A stretch of DNA of 64,000 nucleotides from NCBI GenBank assembly GCA_043732705.1, contig JAYTHE010000003.1:10352-74351 (forward strand), in the 5' to 3' direction. Positions 46,901 through 52,483 of the stretch are shown one piece after another. A program made the position numbers and the translations under genes. The notes beneath the pieces were generated by a model. It did not search any database, had not been told where the DNA came from, and saw only the letters and a list, made by a program, of their open reading frames with translations. The first letter of the stretch is position 1. Each line of letters opens with the position of its first letter. This DNA is from Candidatus Omnitrophota bacterium. Lineage in GTDB: Bacteria; Omnitrophota; Omnitrophia; Omnitrophales; Aquincolibacteriaceae.

Positions 46901-48601
46901 GAATGATCGTTCACGAGCAATCGCACCTTGATAAAACTGAATGGCATTGTCGTAAGTTTTTTCTAAATCAGAAAAAGAACCGCTACGCACACTCCCGGTG
47001 ATAGGCTGAGGCTCAATACCGGAAGTGTTCTGAAAGACCGCTTCTAACTGCTGCACAACCTCAGATGGTTTGAAGCTGTTTTCTGTCGTTGGTCTTCGGT
47101 CGTCAGTCGTTAGTCGTTTTTCTATTTTTTTAAATTCCGAGCGGCTTAGTTCCAAATGAAGCAATTTATGAAGCAGAATATATTTTTCAAGCACCTTGAT
47201 AAGTTTTATACCTTTATCTATTTCCAAATGGTCATTCCCGCGAGGGCGGGAATCTAGCCCTAAATGTTTCTGGATTCCCGCCTTCGCGGGAATGACAGAG
47301 GCCGCTTCTTTCACAATCTGCGCGTGCATTTTCTCGGCTTCTTTTTGCAATTCAACGGCATCCATTTCTCCACTCAAAATAATTTGAGCAATCCATGCTT
47401 TCAGTTCCGGCCACTTATCCATCGAAAAATTGTTTGGCAAATAAACCGCAAGCCGCTCAAAAACTTCGCGGGCGGCAGAAAAATCAGCGGGAGCTTCGGG
47501 GTCAATTCCGCGGGTTTTAGCTTTTTCGATTAGATTGTCGATTTCTATGAGAATCGCCTTAAGCGACGAAGCACCACGCTGCGCCCCCTCGGGGGATGCC
47601 ACGGGCAACCCCCGAGGAGTCTGCGCTTCAAGTCGTCGGTCTCTAGTCTCTGGTCTCTGGTCCAGACTTTTTAAAGTTTCTAAAAAGTCTAGTTTTTGTT
47701 TTTCTATTTTTGAAAAGTCGGCCGCACGCGCCAAATTTTTAAGATGGTAATACCGCACAAGCATCGGAAATTCGATTTGTTCGTGAATATCCGCAAGATC
47801 ACGCTTCCACACAGAATCAGCATATTGTTGAATCGCATTGAACCATTCCGCTGATTCCACCGCGTCAAGGCGGCTCCTAGCATAAGCTTCCAGATATTTT
47901 TTAAGTGAAGGACTGAGAAAATGAATCGCGGCATCTTGCCAGCGCGAAAAGAAAGATCTTAAAAAAGCCCGGCTTTCCGTAAGTGCGGAATCAACTTTGC
48001 GGTATTGCTCGACATTGTCCCAGTAAGCCGCAGCGTCTTCGATTCCATACCCTTTTACATTTTTTGATTTCATTAGAAATGTTTCCGCGCCGGTTAAGTC
48101 GCCATCGCGCATCCACGCATTACGTTCCGTCGCAGTCAGTTTTTTACCCCCGGGGAAAAAATGATGCAGGTCAGGATCGAGCTCTCCCGTCCCGCCTTCT
48201 AAATATATTTCATGAATCCCACCTTGAGATTGCATTTCGCTAAGCATGTTCTGAATATTCTGCTGAGCATCCAAAACAGCGTGCGCATCTTGAATGTGAA
48301 CCAGAGTACCGTGTGAATTTTTCGGAACAACTTTCTCGGTCACCGTACCAAACCGGGCGCTTGGTTTCCATGTTTCAAAAACTGAGACTTCCGGCGATGA
48401 CTCCGCAAAGGAAAGCACCGCTGCTTGCGCTGTGTCCGGAGTTAACACCTGCGTGAGCACATATAGAGGTATCAGCGCGATGGCCCCAAATTTACGGTAT
48501 TTGCGAGGAAGATTAAACATTTTATAGAAGATAACCGACTTACTTTTTTTTTCAAGTGCTACACAAGCAGGAAAGTGAACATTTTTTAAATAGAAAACCA
48601 C
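34922..48601 (-). CDS. Giant secreted multidomain protein (4559 aa, or 4532 aa from the internal Met at 48520), giant protein 3.
   Basis: A continuous 13.7 kb ORF. The internal Met gives MFNLPRKYRKFGAIALIPLYVLTQVLTPDTAQA, a better signal peptide than the first Met. It shares the IQDAH / GGFHSDG N-terminal module. It carries a PPP-family metallophosphatase domain, a PEP-utilizers swivel domain plus a PPDK_N ATP-grasp domain, and about 12 R-S-E-x-R motifs. The C-terminal tail is conserved with giant protein 1. Confidence 0.85.
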   Translation of the reverse strand: MVFYLKNVHFPACVALEKKSKSVIFYKMFNLPRKYRKFGAIALIPLYVLTQVLTPDTAQAAVLSFAESSPEVSVFETWKPSARFGTVTEKVVPKNSHGTLVHIQDAHAVLDAQQNIQNMLSEMQSQGGIHEIYLEGGTGELDPDLHHFFPGGKKLTATERNAWMRDGDLTGAETFLMKSKNVKGYGIEDAAAYWDNVEQYRKVDSALTESRAFLRSFFSRWQDAAIHFLSPSLKKYLEAYARSRLDAVESAEWFNAIQQYADSVWKRDLADIHEQIEFPMLVRYYHLKNLARAADFSKIEKQKLDFLETLKSLDQRPETRDRRLEAQTPRGLPVASPEGAQRGASSLKAILIEIDNLIEKAKTRGIDPEAPADFSAAREVFERLAVYLPNNFSMDKWPELKAWIAQIILSGEMDAVELQKEAEKMHAQIVKEAASVIPAKAGIQKHLGLDSRPRGNDHLEIDKGIKLIKVLEKYILLHKLLHLELSRSEFKKIEKRLTTDDRRPTTENSFKPSEVVQQLEAVFQNTSGIEPQPITGSVRSGSFSDLEKTYDNAIQFYQGAIARERSFTKNLNNYFSESFATSHGPRQRRIEVIVTGGFHSDGMREFAQKNQYAYVEVMPRISKITEDDRAHYRRALLGEGSVPSLPAGRLDATRGEQSRTKQRGLTSMVSNDSHVTAALATSAGIFKGRSELRMRFNNAQLAPLNQVRSEMRDLKEAGQPQAPGFGASLIARMPRVELLNKKLASVSGFISAIFTWLVLTAAIIFYFPRQFWKAKRDGVWPYHSWNSYFRYLKARQAGSLEKTELNKMPALRFQVSDSVRAVRLRDIIAMALSRGVSLKDLKLLTENDPVRVVAGRKKKRSDLGSVRVSNGRFFEIGGTLDLDKFILAGDDVYVLLPSVGGTTFAVKAEFTSGEVYLPRTAIHYAEDLPSSARSETRGIAKNNVISREITLLQKAHFVLPRALHAKLRLELGARNETISSQTEVRLVSLDDPTKFFSINIDQKKNLFYFRYKPKDLPAIVSKMNIYNPDGKMKQNTPLYFQPAFRAFYDDLFGIPLAAGIGRHQKIKEHLDALSRVNRKLIRKISDSKRDGYVQFLGRLYLPGYYMKHPQDFEMIVDRATQPRWVMLRYKKNPELYFILEYFDTYLKTEKEGEKIRIKITDEAGKPLRKGYQLRLAEASGEFRAFDEQVDKKVTANYGEDETVEVNHDDAGFKFRSASPLKVEYYDGHRWSRSRQANARLKAIPTLIVDSSIQNGAAIAIQFDNPKKPKRITVQGITDQKGQPVWFNLKGYYNLSVVLRLAEEGLLPGLQISDALKQVVAAYEYRESKVQPKLRNYEFDVRSRRLIPKGFINPEEARSFRAEVRNEKAIPSRSENRITTVSTKNLNPGQELELLEDVKKRLENEHVTLTGAGDHFIIEATKRSELRVDDAIAEIQSWNREHGADSLKEDTTDPFQTRREIQARKIYHQYGLEQVSIEERAKYVRVVFQDIAGPVVQFIDGWIDALSPEERASHEPLSPAFFQKISSKMADLEHRYTILHNQFIRTAGDLIFDLDPTEKNILELRGLADEITKELDGLEKDGKPGRGNIPVVAAMQDLHGGTRRALALLAFVYGLPADSYARIHILNDLKEQLDEKGLSLEKFLGRIIGFSDAPDRGPDPVGSIELIDEMVHTSIARFLLGNHDEYRALSALGIHKLFPDIDLYSEEHTGHHVGFWLREAFHHADWGDVELDQLNQRRFNKIVKDINQRLRTFGAAESFEFIDLAKVRQDLKPELKRIKAHNSKLRQKWQGAMAAEKEAALLAKRAPNPIPKPAYLPNINIFEETSKMIRGKMDAYQRQIVTLRETYADLPGFENFTPLTLGNYDTDREIVYSAINQLRNFRLFYLDIYNNLHLHNMIPIDEQGQFNVKYRGQTGLAALELMTRDIRTYFEGLSDADIEKYITGSKSERMAFRRALWNVLGPAFEEITSWYSDKLLHAKVDMVKKFADHGQIGWLMGHTAGSFVDRSPNGFIIMGHNEQSKFPNKQMSPFVLFPSFGSGILNIDGEMSPGYEDLGIILTYNLRDEKGYVTGLKLWGFPDKKDPHPDVIQDLTLVGLEKLRQKAIAQIAALGGELSSGTVPTEAIEEKQKQKIAWEKLEASLREQIPLFEKLTDGKTFLRWTLFKTTKELERQLTARLAKDVSSDVKRQHFEQMLRNTTVEMSKLSNPLFETTAPTPRSEARSAPQNPKASMRSESRDFPKVLANFSADISLVIHSAASEKLRLVLGSEHVHEDNEIEVKDILPANYPIQFKGEFQKLTHNADRLDQFRKYHNEVLIKLASVSRWKQAEADEFMRNFDMLVKIFLSFEGMTSADLVGVRERWTDLEAQYQLVRSGRGGSITVFFDRMRGIWTAAESEKGLSKVDTLNKFINWMHSYVEHSVLKINHDGKWSFLDLDHVATGEPSLATKILPEAILKNLKSPGVTQSNDLSILLKGTNFWMRKTLGVHRMQAYANLVPLEMGGNSEFVYFEGGAKVGNHLRMKLIARVFKKLGFRVVAPAEDEWSFEKMVLRASLDHKQNVSDLSVLMRNTKIAMDMLLRIVNTDQALRDLAESYSKDELDQIIEAWSQKIILTAGKVTPIDIPMNYTKSSAGEDDTAAVPQKIVVSKGKFWESPEPYDDAQNVEFRENGKKIHSALQSTLAALGLEAMPEYDSAVFGQIFIETFFNSVVSRTVNAGRIIQGAHGYEINPHYIASSPIRNFVETWQDLSKRENLIQMGQMVSNTTFRLKHIGLIGQAMVYSAEVSLITGTIEVVLVRSADKKSLLAGGIWSQGQLLTPDAASILLSRSNIEIHVSKSQPGDYARLADNLEMEFRTPAEGSIYTGEAIQGFGFLPGTATGPIRFSEGAQEGDILYVSTLNEGNINLLRMANGVISEVGNKLDHFNTRAKHFGKPRVQVSHAVLKPSSGGGAALEISGKIVDRAENFQGYPLIQAVTDGENIRIEEGDLVTINGTTGMIHWLGKDPVVLEAYHTISSIEKAATASELEKQIQKLIEIISRAVQAKNILLVKFILRQIIFDGTLLSPAHKRGSLAQLFQSGEGKYFEQLKNLLSPADDELREGIKAYLKTLYRHAKGQILRDFSRAREAVGVVARLDQIYYEIRRLRTEVAAFQAVQSFLGEIVLGEPGIDLNSKQESVFGEIQKTIRHLKAQLEERVSEIIEQNKKHPFNQETYFLLARILERVAAFEKLGIRLEKINQKQVAKLKKDAVQIQKQRRARRDALRKKRLIALSDTGIDYYEITGNKGANLGWLNHFVDWYNGQKKNKSMRLSVALGYAVTAHAFNEFLDQTVMGQGPKAQTLRAYVKSVLADRLLSIKEKSQKIEEAFLAQELPQEMSEEISRVVSGGLWAVRSSTKLEDTPRSSAAGLFATNLGATTPALVEKYLRQTWASLYGEPSLSYLWDADPADFFDLLKDEGAVIQQLISADTSGVISSVEISSDDRGFMVINAGYGLGQAIVDADQDADAIVVDKVTKIPQIFPGEKRKKTIVDGKGATMNVETTPEERNTVSLSRAQIAELTDITLALEEWFGYVVQVEFAIKDSVIYLLQIRPIPGFKVPKKERPALAKWAGMIASQEPFKKQRSEARSNQKLEVAESHVGRMSRENFNGESFSHENFNWKSVLGLAAAGLTGLGLALSGAWIPALFISAAAVYFGASFIPPSQGSLTRSGYPVFDSIRGAIDHLKIGFRAASNSPSRSEIRTPAESVKYLYGQWEDLERQNVIIQAKVAYPGVLTNEEGFNQIWKRTSGYGKGVEFSLEHSATDLRQEFQRLSQKGDITPDDLGGLLGKVESHKRRLDVLSAHLMVTDVMTAERRNQSYVIFEAAQAYTNFWKKVITELQQHLKMPADKLYARQGIQAAGFVFELMLGGRMDLAGENERLIEELEAELERVTNDNLPKNTLKILQDLINRRWEFTAFAENPEEMRARHAYLDELKTFAAQTYIMVLSSEQKLSTAQASLAPLLNIMIKIHDYAFAASNDWPTDWNHDRQGLKESLGYVLEQMQKKYRSESRDDTGSLSQRAEIRVQTMLEGSKRIFDESDHWIKTEDLNGNLVDDLIWEAGKIVRVRTRMADGSFIVLDSNGDGVVHSAEIEEGPVFIDWQPGINLNDIQHIPFAEITNEPSPKGSAPSVFRIMALLLMDQKKTSVAYWGNEGAVQAPTDRLFNSLAETMLPQAEVSIDDLSHFVNMQRRGFAQTSGLADYMADELGVLRMKFQIYPRDVKWVPHPFERIFFQTQKGLASIDVRGGKAQRLYYDDEVYLAPQFLFGTLDFHAQRHTIREEDGVFKAYVEDEHVLTVDKTGKVLFERSEMRLEKKVEVKATARSEHRAIEPVVVPKNKIIALKIMAARLFADGILSVKDAVYYLKHHEEFLAVLPLLVSTEQKKQNLAHLTGMLGVDIQVKDGIVLSPALVREGFLAAAKEVFEGVPFALIASGSEKIKAVQWIQTNKLTERIFVAENIREARVWLTRHGVTRIQGMALAGEEALPDFDELIRFTTGQLQKFYDRAGILGEVQHLARIFSVFASAA
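38000..38800 (-). other. PPDK_N / PEP-synthase-type ATP-grasp (PEP/pyruvate-binding) domain inside giant protein 3.
   Basis: ITGNKGANLGWL matches GGKGANL. WAVRSSTKLEDTPRSSAAGLF matches the [20 protein letters not shown] signature. SGVISSVEI...VINAGYGLGQAIVDAD matches SGV.FT.DP...NA.WGLGE.VVsG. Confidence 0.65.
39700..39900 (-). other. PEP-utilizing-enzyme mobile (swivel phospho-His) domain-like segment inside giant protein 3.
   Basis: GNKLDHFNTRAKHFGKPRVQVSH aligns with the GGRTSHAAIVARELGIPAVVG signature, with the His conserved. It is followed by DGENIRIEEGDLVTINGTTGMI, which resembles kdGdlvtvDGstGeV. Confidence 0.5.
43400..43900 (-). other. PPP-family (ApaH/PrpA-like) metallophosphatase domain inside giant protein 3.
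   Basis: Motifs appear in the canonical order: AAMQDLHGG (DxHG), FSDAPDRGPDPVGSIE (GDxxDRGpd) and LLGNHDEYR (GNH[DE]). GNHDE is encoded at about 43546..43560. Confidence 0.6.
47231..47296. repeat. Two family-A palindromic repeats in opposite orientation, in-frame in giant gene 3.
   Basis: gtcattcccgcgagggcgggaatc (47231..47254) and ggattcccgccttcgcgggaatgac (47272..47296). They translate as …VIPAKAGIQKHLGLDSRPRGNDH…. Confidence 0.75.
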
Positions 48602-48765
48602 AAAGAACGATTTTGATTCTTTGTGCTATTTTTTGATCTAACTTAAATATTGGGAGAATATCTCAAAGAACGCACTATTTTGGTAAAGAAACTTCTGAAG
48701 TCCGATGCAACTAGCGCTGTCATTCTTTGTTGACGCTTCACAAATAATTATCTAATTTGTAAGAC

Positions 48766-49977
48766 ATGCCAAATGAAAAAGATGTATGCATCGCGGGCGC
48801 GGGCCCGGCGGGAATGATTCTCGGGCTTTTACTCGCCAAGCTGGGTCTTAAAGTTTTGGTATTGGAATCACACAAAGACTTCGCGCGCGAATATCGCGGT
48901 GAAGTTCTCATGCCGCGTTTCACGCAAATGATGCGCCAAATCGGGCTCTTTGATTATCTGACGCAATTCCCCCATCTTAAACTCACTGATCTCGAAGGTT
49001 TTTACTTAGACCGGTCTATTTTTAAAATCAGCTTCGCCGAAATCGCGCCCGAAGCGCCTTTCGCGGTTTGGATGCCGCAAACCGTTATGCTTGAAGCGCT
49101 GTATAGAAAATCCAAAGAATTTCCCAATTTCGAATTATGGTTTGACGCGCATGCCGAAGATTTAATTGAAGAGAACGGCGAATGCAGCGGTGTGATTGTG
49201 AAACGCGGCCGGGAACAAACCGAGGTTCGCGCAAAAATCACCGTCGGCGCGGACGGACGCTTTTCGATGATTCGCAAACGTGGCCATTTTGAATTGGCGG
49301 ATGAAGACCACAAATTTGATTTAATCTGGTTCGCGATTGACAAGCCGGCGACTTATGACAACAAAGTACGCTTTTATCTTTCACCTCTTTGTAATTATTT
49401 GATTTTGCCGAAATATCCAAATCAGATTCAATGCGGCCTTGTTGTCGAAAAAGGCGGCTTCGCAAATTATGCAAAACAAGGCATTGATTCATTACGGCAG
49501 GTTCTACTGCAATCCAATCCGATGTTTCATGATTTCGCGACACAACTGCGTGATTTTAGCGAATTTAATGTCCTGCAATCTAAAATTGAATACGTGAAAG
49601 AATGGGCAAAAAATGGTGTCGTACTTGTCGGCGACAGCGCGCATACTTGCTCGCCTGCCGGAGCAGTCGGAGTTTCTGTGGCAGCGGCTACCGCGATTGT
49701 GGCGGCGGATGTTATCCGTGAATGTTTCAAAAATAATGATTTCTCTGCGCAGGCGCTCGGAAAAATCCAACGGTTGCGCAAAAAAGACGTTTTGCATATT
49801 CAAAAACGCCAGAAAGGATTCTCGCGTTTGCTTTTCCCGCAAGCGAACGGCCTGCAGCGCAAGCTGATGCTTTATTTTATTTCGCTTGTCGTGAAAAGCG
49901 GCTTACTGAAAAGCGTGCAGCGCGATTTAATGGTGATGAAAGAACCGCTGCCGGTTGCGGCGGATATAAGAATTTAG
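48766..49977 (+). CDS. FAD-dependent monooxygenase / oxidoreductase.
   Basis: N-terminal CIAGAGPAGMILGLLLAKLGLKVLVLE (a GxGxxG Rossmann motif). VLVGDSAHTCSPAGAVGVS resembles the GDAAH...P..GQG FAD-monooxygenase motif. Confidence 0.75.
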   Translation: MPNEKDVCIAGAGPAGMILGLLLAKLGLKVLVLESHKDFAREYRGEVLMPRFTQMMRQIGLFDYLTQFPHLKLTDLEGFYLDRSIFKISFAEIAPEAPFAVWMPQTVMLEALYRKSKEFPNFELWFDAHAEDLIEENGECSGVIVKRGREQTEVRAKITVGADGRFSMIRKRGHFELADEDHKFDLIWFAIDKPATYDNKVRFYLSPLCNYLILPKYPNQIQCGLVVEKGGFANYAKQGIDSLRQVLLQSNPMFHDFATQLRDFSEFNVLQSKIEYVKEWAKNGVVLVGDSAHTCSPAGAVGVSVAAATAIVAADVIRECFKNNDFSAQALGKIQRLRKKDVLHIQKRQKGFSRLLFPQANGLQRKLMLYFISLVVKSGLLKSVQRDLMVMKEPLPVAADIRI

Positions 49978-49985
49978 AGCGGTAA

Positions 49986-51158
49986 TTACGGAACAATATC
50001 AAAAGCTAAGAGAGAAATGTCGTCGGTAGGTTCCGCGGGCTTACACCAAAGTTCAATTTTTTGAACGATTTCGTCCGCGGTTCGGCGCAAAACAGTCGCG
50101 TGTTGCGAAGCCAGCAAATCCAGAAATCGCGCGGCGCCATATAAATCTCCGCTTTCGTTCTTCGCCTCGATCAAACCGTCAGAGTAAAGATAAAGACGGT
50201 CCCCCTTCTTCAGTGAAATAACCGTGTCTTCATACTCGGCTTCATTTAAAACACCAATGGGCGGACCGGAAGAGCCGGGCAAATGCTTGGTTTTGTTTTC
50301 TGATAAAAGAATCGGCGCGAGATGCCCCGCGCAAACATAAGAAAATTCCAACGTTTCCATATTCAGGATTCCATAAAGCAAAGTAAATAGCTGCGTCGCC
50401 TCGGGATTGGAACAATAATGCTGATTCAGTTGTTTGGCGACATCGGCGGGTTTATTAATCACAGCATCAGCGCTTTTTAACAGCGACGCTTCGGAAAAAG
50501 GCGAAAGGAAATGCGCGATTGAAACCGCTAAAAGTGAAGCCGCGACACCATGCCCCGCGGCATCCAGCACATAAAAGCCGGCGTTTTTTTCATCCAGCAC
50601 AAAGACATTTAAAATGTCCCCGCCCAATTCTTCGCTCGGTTTAAATGTCCAAGCCGTTCGCATACCCTTAACCAACGGCGATTTCACCGGTAAAAGTGAT
50701 TTTTGAATTACGGCCGCCGCCGCCAAATCTTCTTTCATTTTTTGATGAGCTTTACGGAGCTGTTCTTCCTGCTGCTTGCGCTCTGTCAAATCATGCCATA
50801 CGGCAATCAGCGCGGGCTTACCGTTAATTTCAATCGCGTTTAAAGTCACTTCTACCGGAAAAACTTCGCCGTCTTTTTTGCGGTGATACCATTCAAAACG
50901 ATGATACCCATTTTGGCGCGCGAGAGCATCCATCCGCGCGGATTTTTCGGATGAAAGCGTGCCATCCGGTTGATAATCCGGTGAAAGCTCTGCAATATGC
51001 CGGATAGAGAGAACATCATTGCGGCAGGTGCCTTTCAACAGTTGGATTGCGGCGTCATTACAATCCGTAATGACGCCGTCAATCATGATGAAATGCGCGT
51101 CCGCCGAATGTTCAAAAAGCAGCCGGTATTTATCGGGTGCCCTGCGGTCAATTTGCAT
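49986..51158 (-). CDS. PAS-domain-containing PP2C-family (SpoIIE/RsbU-like) serine phosphatase.
   Basis: An N-terminal PAS-like segment (FEHSADAHFIMIDGVITDCNDAAIQLL...PDYQPDG). A C-terminal PP2C segment: FYVLDAAGHGVAASLLA, LLYGILNMETLEFSYVCAGHLAPIL and GDRLYLYSDGLIEA. Confidence 0.8.
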   Translation of the reverse strand: MQIDRRAPDKYRLLFEHSADAHFIMIDGVITDCNDAAIQLLKGTCRNDVLSIRHIAELSPDYQPDGTLSSEKSARMDALARQNGYHRFEWYHRKKDGEVFPVEVTLNAIEINGKPALIAVWHDLTERKQQEEQLRKAHQKMKEDLAAAAVIQKSLLPVKSPLVKGMRTAWTFKPSEELGGDILNVFVLDEKNAGFYVLDAAGHGVAASLLAVSIAHFLSPFSEASLLKSADAVINKPADVAKQLNQHYCSNPEATQLFTLLYGILNMETLEFSYVCAGHLAPILLSENKTKHLPGSSGPPIGVLNEAEYEDTVISLKKGDRLYLYSDGLIEAKNESGDLYGAARFLDLLASQHATVLRRTADEIVQKIELWCKPAEPTDDISLLAFDIVP

Positions 51159-51167
51159 TTTTATTGT

Positions 51168-51584
51168 TTAGGCTTCGAGAGGCAAACCTGAATCTTTCCA
51201 TTCTTTCGCTCCGCCCTTGTAAGCACTGACGTTAAATCCACGCTTGGCGAGTTTTTCTGCTGCCGCGTCAGAAGCCGTGCATTGGTAATTCGCGCAATAA
51301 GTTACGACATCTTTGGTTTTATCGAGTTCTCGGATACGCTTATCAAGTTCATTCAGAGGAATTTTCTTTGAGCCTTTGATGACGCCCAGATTGTAATAAT
51401 CGGGAGAAAGCACATTCACAATCTGAACGCTGCCGCTCGCAATCTTGGCCGAAAGTTCTTCTTTTGTAATTGTTTTCACGGCATGCGCTTTTGATTTCTT
51501 CCAAAACCATGCCGCCGATGCCGTTCCGCCGCTCGCAACCACAAACAAACCCAATACCAATAACAAGCTCACCATTTTTTTCAT
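51168..51584 (-). CDS. Secreted rhodanese-domain protein.
   Basis: A signal peptide MKKMVSLLLVLGLFVVASGGTASA. The rhodanese fold carries an active-site Cys loop VVTYCANYQCTASD. Confidence 0.65.
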   Translation of the reverse strand: MKKMVSLLLVLGLFVVASGGTASAAWFWKKSKAHAVKTITKEELSAKIASGSVQIVNVLSPDYYNLGVIKGSKKIPLNELDKRIRELDKTKDVVTYCANYQCTASDAAAEKLAKRGFNVSAYKGGAKEWKDSGLPLEA

Positions 51585-51718
51585 ATCAACTCCCTTTTAA
51601 TTAGATTAAAGACCGACGACTAAAAACTAATGGCTAGCGATAAGTCAACCACCACAACTCCCGGAGATCAGCTACGCCGACCTCCGGGAGTTTTTTCAAA
51701 ACTAAATTTCACAACAAA

Positions 51719-52402
51719 TTAACGCGCAGTATCTGACAGAACTTCTAGCCCTTTCCCAAAACTAACAATTCGCGTAGCAATACCTTCAACAACTGCGGGC
51801 TCATGCGTCACAATCAGCATAGTCATGCCATCTTTTGCGAGACGGCTCATCACCCTGACGATTTCGCCTTTCATTTCGGGATCAAGACTTGAAGTGGGCT
51901 CATCAAAAAGAATAGCCTTTGGCGTCATCGCAAGCGCGCGCGCAATTCCGACACGCTGGCGCTGTCCACCCGAAAGCTGCCCAGGTAAAAAATAGGCTTT
52001 TTCAGTAAGGCCGACACGCTCCAATAATTTAAGCGCGTCTTCACGGACTTCATCCGGTGTTTTTTTCAAGACCTGCACCGGTCCCAGCATTAAATTTTGC
52101 AGCACCGTCAGATGCGGAAACAAATTAAAAAATTGAAAAACAAATCCGAGCTGCGTTCGAACTTCACGAATGGTATCCCGCTCTTTGCGCATATCCATAT
52201 TTGCATGCAATTGATAATCACCGACACTCACTAAGCCAGTCTGAAATGGCTCGAGATAAGTCAAACAACGCAGAAAAGTGCTTTTACCGATTCCTGATGG
52301 GCCTTTGAAAACAATCACTTCCCCTTGATTCACCGTGAGGGACAAATCACGAATGACGGCATGGCCGCCGTAATTTTTTCCTAAATTTTCAATTTTAATC
52401 AT
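51719..52402 (-). CDS. Polar amino-acid ABC transporter ATP-binding protein.
   Basis: Walker A GPSGIGKST, the LSGGQRQRVGIARAL signature, and Walker B ILFDEPTSSLD. 227 aa. Confidence 0.9.
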   Translation of the reverse strand: MIKIENLGKNYGGHAVIRDLSLTVNQGEVIVFKGPSGIGKSTFLRCLTYLEPFQTGLVSVGDYQLHANMDMRKERDTIREVRTQLGFVFQFFNLFPHLTVLQNLMLGPVQVLKKTPDEVREDALKLLERVGLTEKAYFLPGQLSGGQRQRVGIARALAMTPKAILFDEPTSSLDPEMKGEIVRVMSRLAKDGMTMLIVTHEPAVVEGIATRIVSFGKGLEVLSDTAR

Positions 52403-52427
52403 AAAGACATCCTAAATTGCCGTTCCT

Positions 52428-52452
52428 GGATCCCCGCCTACGCGGGGATGAC
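52428..52452. repeat. Family-A palindromic repeat, intergenic between the ABC ATPase and the SBP-permease.
   Basis: ggatccccgcctacgcggggatgac. Confidence 0.75.
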
Positions 52453-52483
52453 GAACGGTTCGCTTTGCTCACAATCGTGTTCG

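Noticed and set aside
3019-48601. The giant ORFs as possible assembly chimeras or fused neighbouring genes.
   Set aside because: Each is a single uninterrupted frame of 10-14 kb with internally consistent domain order and a signal peptide only at the N-terminus. Chance cannot produce ORFs this long. They could still carry assembly errors at the repeat insertions, which needs read-level verification.
49002-49842. Minus-strand ORFs of 84-113 aa inside the FAD-monooxygenase gene.
   Set aside because: They are antisense shadows of a plus-strand gene with a clear Rossmann FAD-binding motif.
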